DNA from: Eledone cirrhosa
Lineage: Eukaryota
DNA length: 64,000 bases
Direction of reading: 5' to 3'
Assembly (NCBI GenBank): GCA_964016885.1
Contig: OZ024743.1
Location: forward strand, 131,006,001 to 131,070,000
The notes below the pieces were generated by a model, which searched no databases, was not told the origin of the DNA, and was given only the letters and a program-made list of their open reading frames with translations. Made by a program: the position numbers and the translations under genes. Of the stretch, positions 1 to 11,900 are shown piece after piece; position 1 is the stretch's first letter; each line of letters begins with the position of its first letter.

Positions 1-911
1 GCTTGGTTCTTGGTGTTTGGTGCTTGGTGTTTGGAGCTTGGTGCTTGGTGTTTGGTGCTTGGTGCTTGGTGTTTGGTGTTTGGTGCCTGGTGCTTGGTGT
101 TTGGTGTTTGGTGCTTGGTGTTTGGTGTTTGGTGCTTGGTGCTTGGTGTTTGTTGCTTGGTACTTGGTGCATGGTGTTTGGTGCTGGGTGCTTGGTGTTT
201 GGTGCTTGGTGTTTGGTGCTTGGTGCTTGGTGTTTGGTGTTTGGTGTTTGATGCTTGGTGTTTTATGCTTGGTGCTTGGTGTTTGGTGCTTGGTGTTTGT
301 ACTTGGTGCTTGGTGCTTGGTGTTTTGTGCTTGGTTCTTGGGGTTTGGTGTTTGGTGCTTGGTACTTGGTGCTTGGTGTTAGGTGTTTGGTGCTTGGTGC
401 TTGGTGTTTGGTGTTTGGTCCTTGGTGCTTGGTGCTTGGTGTTTAGTGCTTGGTGCTTGGTGTTTGTTGTTTGGTGCTTTCTGTTTGCTGCTTGGTGTTT
501 GCTGCTTGGTGCTTGGTGCTTGGTGTTTGGTGTTTGGTGCTAGGTGCTTGGTGTTTGGTGTTTGGTGTTTGATGCTTGGTGTTTGGTGCTTGGTGTTTGG
601 TGCTTGGTGCTTGGGGCTTGGTGTTTGGTGCTTGGTGCTTGGTGCTTGGTGTTTGGTGCTTGGTGCTTGGTGTTTGCTGTTTGGTGTTTGGTGCTTGGTG
701 CTTGGTGTTTGGTGCTTGGTGCTTGGTGCTGGGTGGTTGGTATTTGGTGCTTGGTGCTTGGTGTTTGTTGCTTGGTGCTTGGTGCTTGGTGTTTGGTGCT
801 TGGTGCTTGGTGCTTGGTCTTTGGTGCTTGGTGTTTGGTGTTTGGTGCTTGGTGCTTTGTGTTTGGTGCTTGGTGATTAGTGTTTGGTGCTTGGTACTTG
901 GTGTTTGGTGC

Positions 912-1065
912 TTGGTGTTTGGTGTTTGCTGTTTGGTGTTTGGTGTTTGGTGTTTGCTGTTTGGTGTCTGCTTTTTGGTGTTTGGTGTTTGCTGTATGGT
1001 GTTTGCTGTTTCGTGTTTGGTGTTTGCTGTTTGGTGTTTGGTGTTTGCTGTTTGGTCTTTGGTCT
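912..1065. repeat. T-only sub-block of 22 heptamers rich in TTGCTGT (recurs in most higher-order copies)
   Basis: Units from 912 to 1065 all end in T, with TTGCTGT every 2-5 units plus CTGCTTT, ATGGTGT and TTCGTGT. Repeated after essentially every GTGATTAGT landmark (e.g. ~2905, 5575, 7220, 9155). Confidence 0.9.
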
Positions 1066-4000
1066 TTGGTGCTTGGTGTTTGGTGCTTGTTGCTTGGTGT
1101 TTGGTGTTTGGTGCTTGGTGTTTGGTGTTTGGTGCTTGGTGCTTGGTGCTTGGTGTTTGGTGCTTGGTGTCTGGTGCTTGGTGTCTGGTGCTTGGTGTTT
1201 GGTGTTTGGTGTTTGGTGCTTGGTGTTTGGTGTTTGGTGTTTGGTGTTTGGTGTTTGTTGCTTGGTGCTTGGTGCTTGGTGTTTAGTGCTTGGTGCTTGG
1301 TGTTTGGTGCTGGGTGCTTGGTGTTTGGTGCTTGGTGCTTGGTGTTTGGTGTTTGGTGCTTGGTGCTTGGTGTTTGGTGTTTGGTGTTATATGCTTGGTG
1401 TTTGGTGCTTGGTGCTTGGTGTTTGGTGTTTGGTTCTTGATGCTTGGTATTTGGTGCTTGGTGCTTGCTGCTTGGTGTTTGGTGCTTGGTGATTGATGCT
1501 TGGTGTTTGGTGCTTGGTGCTTGGTGTTTGGTTTTTAGTGCTAGGTGCTTGGTGCATGGTGTTTGGTGCTTGGTGTTTGGTGTTTGGTGCTTGGTGCTTG
1601 GTGTTTGGTACTTGGTGCTTGGTGCTTGGTGTTTGGTGCTTGGTGCTTGGTGTTTGGTGTTTGGTGTTTGGTGCTTGGTGCTTGGTGTTTGGTGCTTGGT
1701 GCTTGGTGCTGGGTGGGCGGTGTTTGGTGCTTGGTGCTTGGTGTTTCGTGCTAGGTGCATGGTGCTTGGTGTTTGGTGCTTGGTGCTTGGTGCTTGATCT
1801 TTGGTGTTTGGTGTTTAGTGCTTGGTGCTTGGTGCTTGGTGCTTGGTGCTTGGTCCTTGGTGTTTGGTGCTTGGTGCTTGGTGTTTGGTGTTTGGTGCTT
1901 GGTGTCTGGAGCTTGGTGTTTGGTGTTTGGTGCTTGGTGTTTGGTTTTTGGTGCTTGGTGCTTGGTGTTTGGTGCTTGGTGCTTGGTGTTTGTACTTGGT
2001 GCTTGGTGCTTGGTGTTTGGTGCTTGGTTCTTGGTGTTTGGTGCTTGGTGTTTGGAGCTTGGTGCTTGGTGTTTGGTGCTTGGTGCTTGGTGTTTGTACT
2101 TGGTGCTTGGTTCTTGGTGCTTGGTGCTTGGTTCTTGGTGTTTGGTGCTTGGTGTTTGGAGCTTGGTGCTTGGTGTTTGGTGCTTGGTGCTTGGTGTTTG
2201 GTGTTTGGTGCTTGGTGCTTGGTGTTTGGTGTTTGGTGCTTGGTGTTTGGTGTTTGGTGCTTGGTGCTTGGTGTTTGTTGCTTGGTACTTGGTGCATCGT
2301 GTTTGGTGCTGGGTGCTTGGTGTTTGGTGCTTGGTGTTTGGTGCTTGGTGCTTGGTGTTTGGTGCTTGGTGTTTGTACTTGGTGCTTGGTGCTTGGTGTT
2401 TTGTGCTTGGTTCTTGGTGTTTGGTGTTTGGTGCTTGGTACTTGGTGCTTGGTGTTAGGTGTTTGGTGCTTGGTGCTTGGTGTTTGGTGTTTGGTCCTTG
2501 GTGCTTGGTGCTTGGTGTTTAGTGCTTGGTGCTTGGTGTTTGTTGTTTGGTGCTTTCTGTTTGCTGCTTGGTGTTTGCTGCTTGGTGCTTGGTGCTTGGT
2601 GTTTGGTGTTTGGTGCTAGGTGCTTGGTGTTTGGTGTTTGGTGTTTGATGCTTGGTGTTTGGTGCTTGGTGTTTGGTGCTTGGTGCTTGGGGCTTGGTGT
2701 TTGGTGCTTGGTGCTTGGTGCTTGGTGTTTGGTGCTTGGTGCTTGGTGTTTGGTGTTTGGTGTTTGGTGCTTCGTGCTTGGTGTTTGGTGCTTGGTGCTT
2801 GGTGCTTGGTCTTTGGTGCTTGGTGTTTGGTGTTTGGTGCTTGATGCTTTGTGTTTGGTGCTTGGTGATTAGTGTTTGGTGCTTGGTACTTGGTGTTTGG
2901 TGCTTGGTGTTTGGTGTTTGCTGTTTGGTGTTTGGTGTTTGGTGTTTGCTGTTTGGTGTCTGCTTTTTGGTGTTTGGTGTTTGCTGTATGGTGTTTGCTG
3001 TTTCGTGTTTGGTGTTTGCTGTTTGGTGTTTGGTGTTTGCTGTTTGGTGTTTGGTCTTTGGTGCTTGGTGTTTGGTGCTTGGTGCTTGGTGTTTGGTGTT
3101 TGGTGCTTGGTGCTTGGTGCTTGGTGTTTGGTGCTTGGTGTCTGGTGCTTGGTGTCTGGTGCTTGGTGTTTGGTGTTTGGTGTTTGGTGCTTGGTGTTTG
3201 GTGTTTGGTGTTTGGTGTTTGGTGCTTGTTGCTTGGTGCTTGGTGCTTGGTGTTTGGTGCTTGGTGCTTGGTGTTTGGTGCTGGGTGCTTGGTGTTTGGT
3301 GCTTGGTGCTTGGTGCTTGGTGTTTGGTGTTTGGTGTTATATGCTTGGTGTTTGATGCTTGGTGCTTGGTGCTTGGTGTTTGATGTTTGGTGCTTGGTGT
3401 TTTATGCTTGGTGTTTGATGTTTGGTGCTTGGTGCTTGGTGTTTGGTGCTTGGTGCTTGGTGTTTGTACTTGGTGCTTGGTGCTTGGTTCTTGGTGTTTG
3501 GTGCTTGGTGCTTGGTGCTTGGTGCTTGGTGGTTGGTGCTTGGTGTTTGGTGCTTGGTGTTTGGTGCTTGGTGCCTGGTGCTTGGTGCTTGGTGCTTGGT
3601 GTTTGGTGCTTGGTGTTTGCTGCTTGGTATTAGGTGTTTGGTGCTTGGTGCTTGGTGTTTGCTGTTTGGTGTTTGGTGTTTTCTGTTTGGTCTTTGGTCT
3701 TTGGTGCTTGGTGTTTGGTGCTTGGTGCTTGGTGTTTGGTGTTTGGTGCTTGGTGTTTGGTGTTTGGTGCTTGGTGCTTGGTGCTTGGTGTTTGGTGCTT
3801 GGTGTCTGGTGCTTGGTGTCTGGTGCTTGGTGTTTGGTGTTTGGTGTTTGGTGCTTGGTGTTTGGTGTTTGGTGTTTGGTGTTTGGTGTTTGTTGCTTGG
3901 TGCTTGGTGCTTGGTGTTTAGTGCTTGGTGCTTGGTGTTTGGTGCTGGGTGCTTGGTGTTTGGTGCTTGGTGCTTGGTGTTTGGTGTTTGGTGCTTGGTG

Positions 4001-5370
4001 CTTGGTGTTTGGTGTTTGGTGTTATATGCTTGGTGTTTGGTGCTTGGTGCTTGGTGTTTGGTGTTTGGTTCTTGATGCTTGGTATTTGGTGCTTGGTGCT
4101 TGCTGCTTGGTGTTTGGTGCTTGGTGATTGATGCTTGGTGTTTGGTGCTTGGTGCTTGGTGTTTGGTTTTTGGTGCTAGGTGCTTGGTGCTTGGTGTTTG
4201 GTGCTTGGTGTTTGGTGTTTGGTGCTTGGTGCTTGGTGTTTGGTACTTGGTGCTTGGTGCTTGGTGTTTGGTGCTTGGTGCTTGGTGTTTGGTGTTTGGT
4301 GTTTGGTGCTTGGTGCTTGGTGTTTGGTGCTTGGTGCTTGGTGCTGGGTGGGCGGTGTTTGGTGCTTGGTGCTTGGTGTTTCGTGCTAGGTGCATGGTGC
4401 TTGGTGTTTGGTGCTTGGTGCTTGGTGCTTGGTCTTTGGTGTTTGGTGTTTAGTGCTTGGTGCTTGGTGCTTGGTGCTTGGTGCTTGGTCCTTGGTGTTT
4501 GGTGCTTGGTGCTTGGTGTTTGGTGTTTGGTGCTTGGTGCTTGGTGCTTCGTGTTTGGTGTTTGGTGCTTGGTGTCTGGAGCTTGGTGTTTGGTGTTTGG
4601 TGCTTGGTGTTTGGTTTTTGGTGCTTGGTGCTTGGTGTTTGGTGCTTGGTGCTTGGTGTTTGTACTTGGTGCTTGGTGCTTGGTGTTTGGTGCTTGGTTC
4701 TTGGTGTTTGGTGCTTGGTGTTTGGAGCTTGGTGCTTGGTGTTTGGTGCTTGGTGCTTGGTGTTTGTACTTGGTGCTTGGTTCTTGGTGCTTGGTGCTTG
4801 GTTCTTGGTGTTTGGTGCTTGGTGTTTGGAGCTTGGTGCTTGGTGTTTGGTGCTTGGTGCTTGGTGTTTGGTGTTTGGTGCTTGGTGCTTGGTGTTTGGT
4901 GTTTGGTGCTTGGTGTTTGGTGTTTGGTGCTTGGTGCTTGGTGTTTGTTGCTTGGTACTTGGTGCATGGTGTTTGGTGCTGGGTGCTTGGTGTTTGGTGC
5001 TTGGTGTTTGGTGCTTGGTGCTTGGTGTTTGGTGCTTGGTGTTTGTACTTGGTGCTTGGTGCTTGGTGTTTTGTGCTTGGTTCTTGGTGTTTGGTGTTTG
5101 GTGCTTGGTACTTGGTGCTTGGTGTTAGGTGTTTGGTGCTTGGTGCTTGGTGTTTGGTGTTTGGTCCTTGGTGCTTGGTGCTTGGTGTTTAGTGCTTGGT
5201 GCTTGGTGTTTGTTGTTTGGTGCTTTCTGTTTGCTGCTTGGTGTTTGCTGCTTGGTGCTTGGTGCTTGGTGTTTGGTGTTTGGTGCTAGGTGCTTGGTGT
5301 TTGGTGTTTGGTGTTTGATGCTTGGTGTTTGGTGCTTGGTGTTTGGTGCTTGGTGCTTGGGGCTTGGTGT
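1050..5370. repeat. Duplicated segment, offset 2635-2670 bp
   Basis: Matching ORF-track starts 1290/3925, 1444/4079, 1755/4390 (2635) and 2459/5129 (2670). Shared private marker TGGGTGG-GCGGTGT at ~1710, ~4345 and ~6358. Confidence 0.75.
1991..2200. repeat. 104-bp internal tandem duplication inside module A (15 units minus 1 bp)
   Basis: TTGTAC...TTGGTTC...TTGGAGC occurs twice, about 104 bp apart, here and at 9918/10022, 27524/27628, 31187/31291 and 51580/51684. Confidence 0.8.
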
Positions 5371-7929
5371 TGGGTGCTTGGTGCTTGGTGCTGGGTGGTT
5401 GGTATTTGGTGCTTGGTGCTTGGTGTTTGTTGCTTGGTGCTTGGTGCTTGGTGTTTGGTGCTTGGTGCTTGGTGCTTGGTCTTTGGTGCTTGGTGTTTGG
5501 TGTTTGGTGCTTGGTGCTTTGTGTTTGGTGCTTGGTGATTAGTGTTTGGTGCTTGGTACTTGGTGTTTGGTGCTTGGTGTTTGGTGTTTGCTGTTTGGTG
5601 TTTGGTGTTTGGTGTTTGCTGTTTGGTGTCTGCTTTTTGGTGTTTGGTGTTTGCTGTATGGTGTTTGCTGTTTCGTGTTTGGTGTTTGCTGTTTGGTGTT
5701 TGGTGTTTGCTGTTTGGTCTTTGGTCTTTGGTGCTTGGTGTTTGGTGCTTGGTGCTTGGTGTTTGGTGTTTGGTGCTTGGTGTTTGGTGTTTGGTGCTTG
5801 GTGCTTGGTGCTTGGTGTTTGGTGCTTGGTGTCTGGTGCTTGGTGTCTGGTGCTTGGTGTTTGGTGTTTGGTGTTTGGTGCTTGGTGTTTGGTGTTTGGT
5901 GTTTGTTGCTTGGTGCTTGGTGCTTGGTGTTTAGTGCTTGGTGCTTGGTGTTTGGTGCTGGGTGCTTGGTGTTTGGTGCTTGGTGCTTGGTGTTTGGTGT
6001 TTGGTGCTTGGTGCTTGGTGTTTGGTGTTTGGTGTTATATGCTTGGTGTTTGGTGCTTGGTGCTTGGTGTTTGGTGTTTGGTTCTTGATGCTTGGTATTT
6101 GGTGCTTGGTGCTTGCTGCTTGGTGTTTGGTGCTTGGTGATTGATGCTTGGTGTTTGGTGCTTGGTGCTTGGTGTTTGGTTTTTGGTGCTAGGTGCTTGG
6201 TGCTTGGTGTTTGGTGCTTGGTGTTTGGTGTTTGGTGCTTGGTGCTTGGTGTTTGGTACTTGGTGCTTGGTGCTTGGTGTTTGGTGCTTGGTGCTTGGTG
6301 TTTGGTGTTTGGTGTTTGGTGCTTGGTGCTTGGTGTTTGGTGCTTGGTGCTTGGTGCTGGGTGGGCGGTGTTTGGTGCTTGGTTCTTGGTGTTTGGTGCT
6401 TGGTGTTTGGAGCTTGGTGCTTGGTGTTTGGTGCTTGGTGCTTGGTGTTTGTACTTGGTGCTTGGTTCTTGGTGCTTGGTGCTTGGTTCTTGGTGTTTGG
6501 TGCTTGGTGTTTGGAGCTTGGTGCTTGGTGTTTGGTGCTTGGTGCTTGGTGTTTGGTGTTTGGTGCTTGGTGCTTGGTGTTTGGTGTTTGGTGCTTGGTG
6601 TTTGGTGTTTGGTGCTTGGTGCTTGGTGTTTGTTGCTTGGTACTTGGTGCATGGTGTTTGGTGCTGGGTGCTTGGTGTTTGGTGCTTGGTGTTTGGTGCT
6701 TGGTGCTTGGTGTTTTGTGCTTGGTTCTTGGTGTTTGGTGTTTGGTGCTTGGTACTTGGTGCTTGGTGTTAGGTGTTTGGTGCTTGGTGCTTGGTGTTTG
6801 GTGTTTGGTCCTTGGTGCTTGGTGCTTGGTGTTTAGTGCTTGGTGCTTGGTGTTTGTTGTTTGGTGCTTTCTGTTTGCTGCTTGGTGTTTGCTGCTTGGT
6901 GCTTGGTGCTTGGTGTTTGGTGTTTGGTGCTAGGTGCTTGGTGTTTGGTGTTTGGTGTTTGATGCCTGGTGTTTGGTGCTTGGTGTTTGGTGCTTGGTGC
7001 TTGGGGCTTGGTGTTTGGTGCTTGGTGCTTGGTGCTTGGTGTTTGGTGCTTGGTGCTTGGTGTTTGGTGTTTGGTGTTTGGTGCTTGGTGCTTGGTGTTT
7101 GGTGCTTGGTGCTTGGTGCTTGGTCTTTGGTGCTTGGTGTTTGGTGTTTGGTGCTTGGTGCTTTGTGTTTGGTGCTTGGTGATTAGTGTTTGGTGCTTGG
7201 TACTTGGTGTTTGGTGCTTGGTGTTTGGTGTTTGCTGTTTGGTGTTTGGTGTTTGGTGTTTGCTGTTTGGTGTCTGCTTTTTGGTGTTTGGTGTTTGCTG
7301 TATGGTGTTTGCTGTTTCGTGTTTGGTGTTTGCTGTTTGGTGTTTGGTGTTTGCTGTTTGGTGTTTGGTCTTTGGTGCTTGGTGTTTGGTGCTTGGTGCT
7401 TGGTGTTTGGTGTTTGGTGCTTGGTGCTTGGTGCTTGGTGTTTGGTGCTTGGTGTCTGGTGCTTGGTGTCTGGTGCTTGGTGTTTGGTGTTTGGTGTTTG
7501 GTGCTTGGTGTTTGGTGTTTGGTGTTTGGTGTTTGGTGCTTGTTGCTTGGTGCTTGGTGCTTGGTGTTTGGTGCTTGGTGCTTGGTGTTTGGTGCTGGGT
7601 GCTTGGTGTTTGGTGCTTGGTGCTTGGTGCTTGGTGTTTGGTGTTTGGTGTTATATGCTTGGTGTTTGATGCTTGGTGCTTGGTGCTTGGTGTTTGGTGT
7701 TTGGTGCTTGGTGTTTTATGCTTGGTGTTTGATGTTTGGTGCTTGGTGCTTGGTGTTTGGTGCTTGGTGCTTGGTGTTTGTACTTGGTGCTTGGTGCTTG
7801 GTTCTTGGTGTTTGGTGCTTGGTGCTTGGTCCTTGGTGCTTGGTGTTTGGTGCTTGGTGTTTGGTGCTTGGTGTTTGGTGCTTGGTGCCTGGTGCTTGGT
7901 GCTTGGTGCTTGGTGTTTGGTGCTTGGTG

Positions 7930-8900
7930 TTTGCTGCTTGGTATTAGGTGTTTGGTGCTTGGTGCTTGGTGTTTGGTGTTTGGTGCTTGGTGTTTGGTGC
8001 TTGGTGTTTGGTGTTTGGTGCTTGGTGTTTGGTGCTTGGTACTTGGTGCTTGGGGCTTGGTGTTAGGTGTTTGGTGCTTGGTGCTTGGTGTTTGGTTTTT
8101 GGTGCTTGGTGCTTGGTGTTTGGTGTTTGGTGCTTGCTGCTGGCTGCTTGGTGTTTGGTGCTTGGTGATTGGTGCTTGGTGTTTGGTGCTTGGTGTTTGG
8201 TGTTTGGTACTAGGTGCTTGGTGCTTGGTGTTTGGTGCTTGGTGCTTGGTGTTTGGTGCTTGGTGCTGGGTTCTGGGTGGTTGGTGTTTGGTGCTTGGTG
8301 TTTGGTGCTGGGTGCTTGGTGTTTGGTGCTTGCTGCTTGGTCTTTGGTGTTTGCTGTTTGGTGTTTGGGGCTTAGTGCTTGGTGCTTGGTGTTTGGTGCT
8401 TGGTGCTTGGTGTTTGGTGCTTGGTGCTTAGTGTTTGGTGCTAGGTGCTTGGTGCTTGGTGCTTGGTGTTTGGTGCTTGGTGCTTGGTGTTTGGTGTTTC
8501 CTGTTTGCTGTTTGGTGTTTGGTGTTTGGTGTTTGCTGTTTGGTGTCTGCTTTTTGGTGTTTGGTGTTTGCTGTATGTTATTTGCTGTTTGGTGTTTGGT
8601 GTTTGTTGTTTGGTGCTTGGTGCTTAGTGTTTGGTGCTTGGTGCTTGGTGTTTGGTGCCTGGTGCTTGGGGCTTGGTGTTTGGTGTTTGGTGCTTGGTGC
8701 TTGGAGTTTGGTGTTTGGTGCTTGGTGCTTGGTGTTTTGTGTTTGGTTTTTGGTTTTTGGTGCTTGGTGCTTGGTGCTTGGTGCTTGGTCCTTGGTGTTT
8801 GGTGCTTGGTGCTTGGTGTTTGTACTTGGTGCTTGGTTCTTGGTGTTTGGTTCTTGGTTCCTGGTGTTTGGTACTTGGTGCTTGGTGCTTGGTGTTTGGT
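7930..8900. repeat. Module B, a diverged second higher-order module (~1 kb)
   Basis: Landmarks TTGGTAT-TAGGTGT, TTGCTGC-TGGCTGC, TTGGTAC-TAGGTGC, TGGGTTC-TGGGTGG, TTCCTGT, ATGTTAT, TTGGAGT. Copies start near 7930, 12700, 25290, 29145, 33060, 36890, 46600 (partial), 49195, 55230 and 60680. Confidence 0.8.
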
Positions 8901-11900
8901 GCTTGGTGCTTGGTGTTTGGTGTTTGGTGTTTGGTGCTTGGTGCTTGGTGTTTGGTGCTTGGTGCTTGGTGCTGGGTGGTTGGTATTTGGTGCTTGGTGC
9001 TTGGTGTTTGGTGCTTGGTGCTTGGTGCTTGGTGTTTGGTGCTTGGTGCTTGGTGCTTGGTCTTTGGTGCTTGGTGTTTGGTGTTTGGTGCTTGGTGCTT
9101 TGTGTTTGGTGCTTGGTGATTAGTGTTTGGTGCTTGGTACTTGGTGTTTGGTGCTTGGTGTTTGGTGTTTGCTGTTTGGTGTTTGGTGTTTGGTGTTTGC
9201 TGTTTGGTGTCTGCTTTTTGGTGTTTGGTGTTTGCTGTATGGTGTTTGCTGTTTCGTGTTTGGTGTTTGCTGTTTGGTGTTTGGTGTTTGCTGTTTGGTG
9301 TTTGGTCTTTGGTGCTTGGTGTTTGGTGCTTGGTGCTTGGTGTTTGGTGTTTGGTGCTTGGTGTTTGGTGTTTGGTGCTTGGTGCTTGGTGCTTGGTGTT
9401 TGGTGCTTGGTGTCTGGTGCTTGGTGTCTGGTGCTTGGTGTTTGGTGTTTGGTGTTTGGTGCTTGGTGTTTGGTGTTTGGTGCTTGTTGCTTGGTGCTTG
9501 GTGCTTGGTGTTTGGTGCTTGGTACTTGGTGTTTGGTGCTGGGTGCTTGGTGTTTGGTGCTTGGTGCTTGGTGTTTGTTGTTTGGTGCTTGGTGCTTGGT
9601 GTTTGGTGTTTGGTGTTATATGCTTGGTGTTTCGTGCTAGGTGCATGGTGCTTGGTGTTTGGTGCTTGGTGCTTGGTGCTTGGTCTTTGGTGTTTGGTGT
9701 TTAGTGCTTGGTGCTTGGTGCTTGGTGCTTGGTGCTTGGTGTTTGGTCCTTGGTGTTTGGTGCTTGGTGCTTGGTGTTTGGTGTTTGGTGCTTGGTGCTT
9801 GGTGCTTCGTGTTTGGTGTTTGGTGCTTGGTGTCTGGAGCTTGGTGTTTGGTGTTTGGTGCTTGGTGTTTGGTGTTTGGTGCTTGGTGCTTGGTGTTTGG
9901 TGCTTGGTGCTTGGTGTTTGTACTTGGTGCTTGGTGCTTGGTGTTTGGTGCTTGGTTCTTGGTGTTTGGTGCTTGGTGTTTGGAGCTTGGTGCTTGGTGT
10001 TTGGTGCTTGGTGCTTGGTGTTTGTACTTGGTGCTTGGTGCTTGGTGTTTGGTGCTTGGTTCTTGGTGTTTGGTGCTTGGTGTTTGGAGCTTGGTGCTTG
10101 GTGTTTGGTGCTTGGTGCTTGGTGTTTGGTGTTTGGTGCTTGGTGCTTGGAGTTTGGTGTTTGGTGCTTGGTGTTTGGTGTTTGGTGTTTGGTGCTTGGT
10201 GCTTGGTGTTTGTTGCTTGGTACTTGGTGCATGGTGTTTGGTGCTGGGTGCTTGGTGTTTTGTGCTTGGTCCTTGGTGTTTGGTGTTTGGTGCTTGGTAC
10301 TTGGTGTCTGGAGCTTGGTGTTTGGTGTTTGGTGCTTGGTGTTTGGTGCTTGGTGCTTGGTGTTTGGTGTTTGGTGTTTGATGCTTGGTGTTTTATGCTT
10401 GGTCCTTGGTGTTTGGTGCTTGGTGTTTGTATTTGGTGCTTGCTGCTTGGTGTTCTGTGCTTGGTTCTTGGTGTTTGGTGTTTGGTGCTTGGTACTTGGT
10501 GCTTGGTGTTTGGTGCTTGGTGCTTGGTGTTTGGTGTTTGGTGCCTGGTGCTTGGTGTTTGGTGTTTGGTGCTTGGTGTTTGGTGTTTGGTGCTTGGTGC
10601 TTGGTGTTTGTTGCTTGGTACTTGGTGCATGGTGTTTGGTGCTGGGTGCTTGGTGTTTGGTGCTTGGTGTTTGGTGCTTGGTGCTTGGTGTTTGGTGTTT
10701 GGTGTTTGATGCTTGGTGTTTTATGCTTGGTGCTTGGTGTTTGGTGCTTGGTGTTTGTACTTGGTGCTTGGTGCTTGGTGTTTTGTGCTTGGTTCTTGGG
10801 GTTTGGTGTTTGGTGCTTGGTACTTGGTGCTTGGTGTTAGGTGTTTGGTGCTTGGTGCTTGGTGTTTGGTGTTTGGTCCTTGGTGCTTGGTGCTTGGTGT
10901 TTAGTGCTTGGTGCTTGGTGTTTGTTGTTTGGTGCTTTCTGTTTGCTGCTTGGTGTTTGCTGCTTGGTGCTTGGTGCTTGGTGTTTGGTGTTTGGTGCTA
11001 GGTGCTTGGTGTTTGGTGTTTGGTGTTTGATGCTTGGTGTTTGGTGCTTGGTGTTTGGTGCTTGGTGCTTGGGGCTTGGTGTTTGGTGCTTGGTGCTTGG
11101 TGCTTGGTGTTTGGTGCTTGGTGCTTGGTGTTTGGTGTTTGGTGTTTGGTGCTTGGTGCTTGGTGCTGGGTGGTTGGTATTTGGTGCTTGGTGCTTGGTG
11201 TTTGGTGCTTGGTGCTTGGTGCTTGGTGTTTGGTGCTTGGTGCTTGGTGCTTGGTCTTTGGTGCTTGGTGTTTGGTGTTTGGTGCTTGGTGCTTTGTGTT
11301 TGGTGCTTGGTGATTAGTGTTTGGTGCTTGGTACTTGGTGTTTGGTGCTTGGTGTTTGGTGTTTGCTGTTTGGTGTTTGGTGTTTGGTGTTTGCTGTTTG
11401 GTGTCTGCTTTTTGGTGTTTGGTGTTTGTTGTATGTTATTTGCTGTTTGGTGTTTGGTGTTTGGTGTTTGGTGCTTGGTGCTTGGTGTTTGGTGCTTGGT
11501 GCTTGGCGTTTGGTGCCTGGTGCTTGGGGCTTGCTGTTTGGTGTTTGGTGATTGGTGCTTGGAGTTTGGTGTTTGGTGCTTGGTGCTTGGTGTTTTGTGT
11601 TTGGTGTTTGGTTTTTGGTGCTTGGTGCTTGGTGCTTGGTGCTTGGTCCTTGGTGTTTGGTGCTTGGTGCTTGGTGTTTGTACTTGGTGCTTGGTGCTTG
11701 GTGTTTGGTTCTTGGTTCCTGGTGTTTGGTACTTGGTGCTTGGTGCTTGGTGTTTGGTGCTTGGTGCTTGGTGTTTGGTGTTTGGTGTTTGGTGCTTGGT
11801 GCTTGGTGTTTGGTGCTTGGTGCTTGGTGCTGGGTGGTTGGTATTTGGTGCTTGGTGCTTGGTGTTTGGTGCTTGGTGCTTGGTGCTTGGTCTTTGGTGC

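Larger units (their letters stand above)
150..2280. repeat. One copy of the ~2.1-kb higher-order cycle (module A, ~300 heptamers)
   Basis: Ordered landmarks: TTGTTGC-TTGGTAC-TTGGTGC-ATGGTGT (~150), TTTATGC (~262), TTGTAC (297), TTTCTGT (~478), TTGGGGC (~611), TGGGTGG-TTGGTAT (~730), TTGGTGA-TTAGTGT (~870), TTGCTGT block (912-1065), CTGGTGC x2 (~1171), TATATGC (~1388), TTGGTGA-TTGATGC (~1486), TTCGTGC-TAGGTGC-ATGGTGC (~1745), CTGGAGC (~1906). The series restarts at ~2275 and recurs in this order through the window. Confidence 0.85.

Noticed and set aside
728-736. Chi-like motif GCTGGGTGG
   Set aside because: Not the exact E. coli Chi octamer GCTGGTGG; it arises trivially from two substitutions in the repeat.
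1388-1394. TATATGC as a TATA-like promoter element
   Set aside because: It is a variant heptamer in repeat phase with nothing downstream to transcribe; useful only as a landmark.
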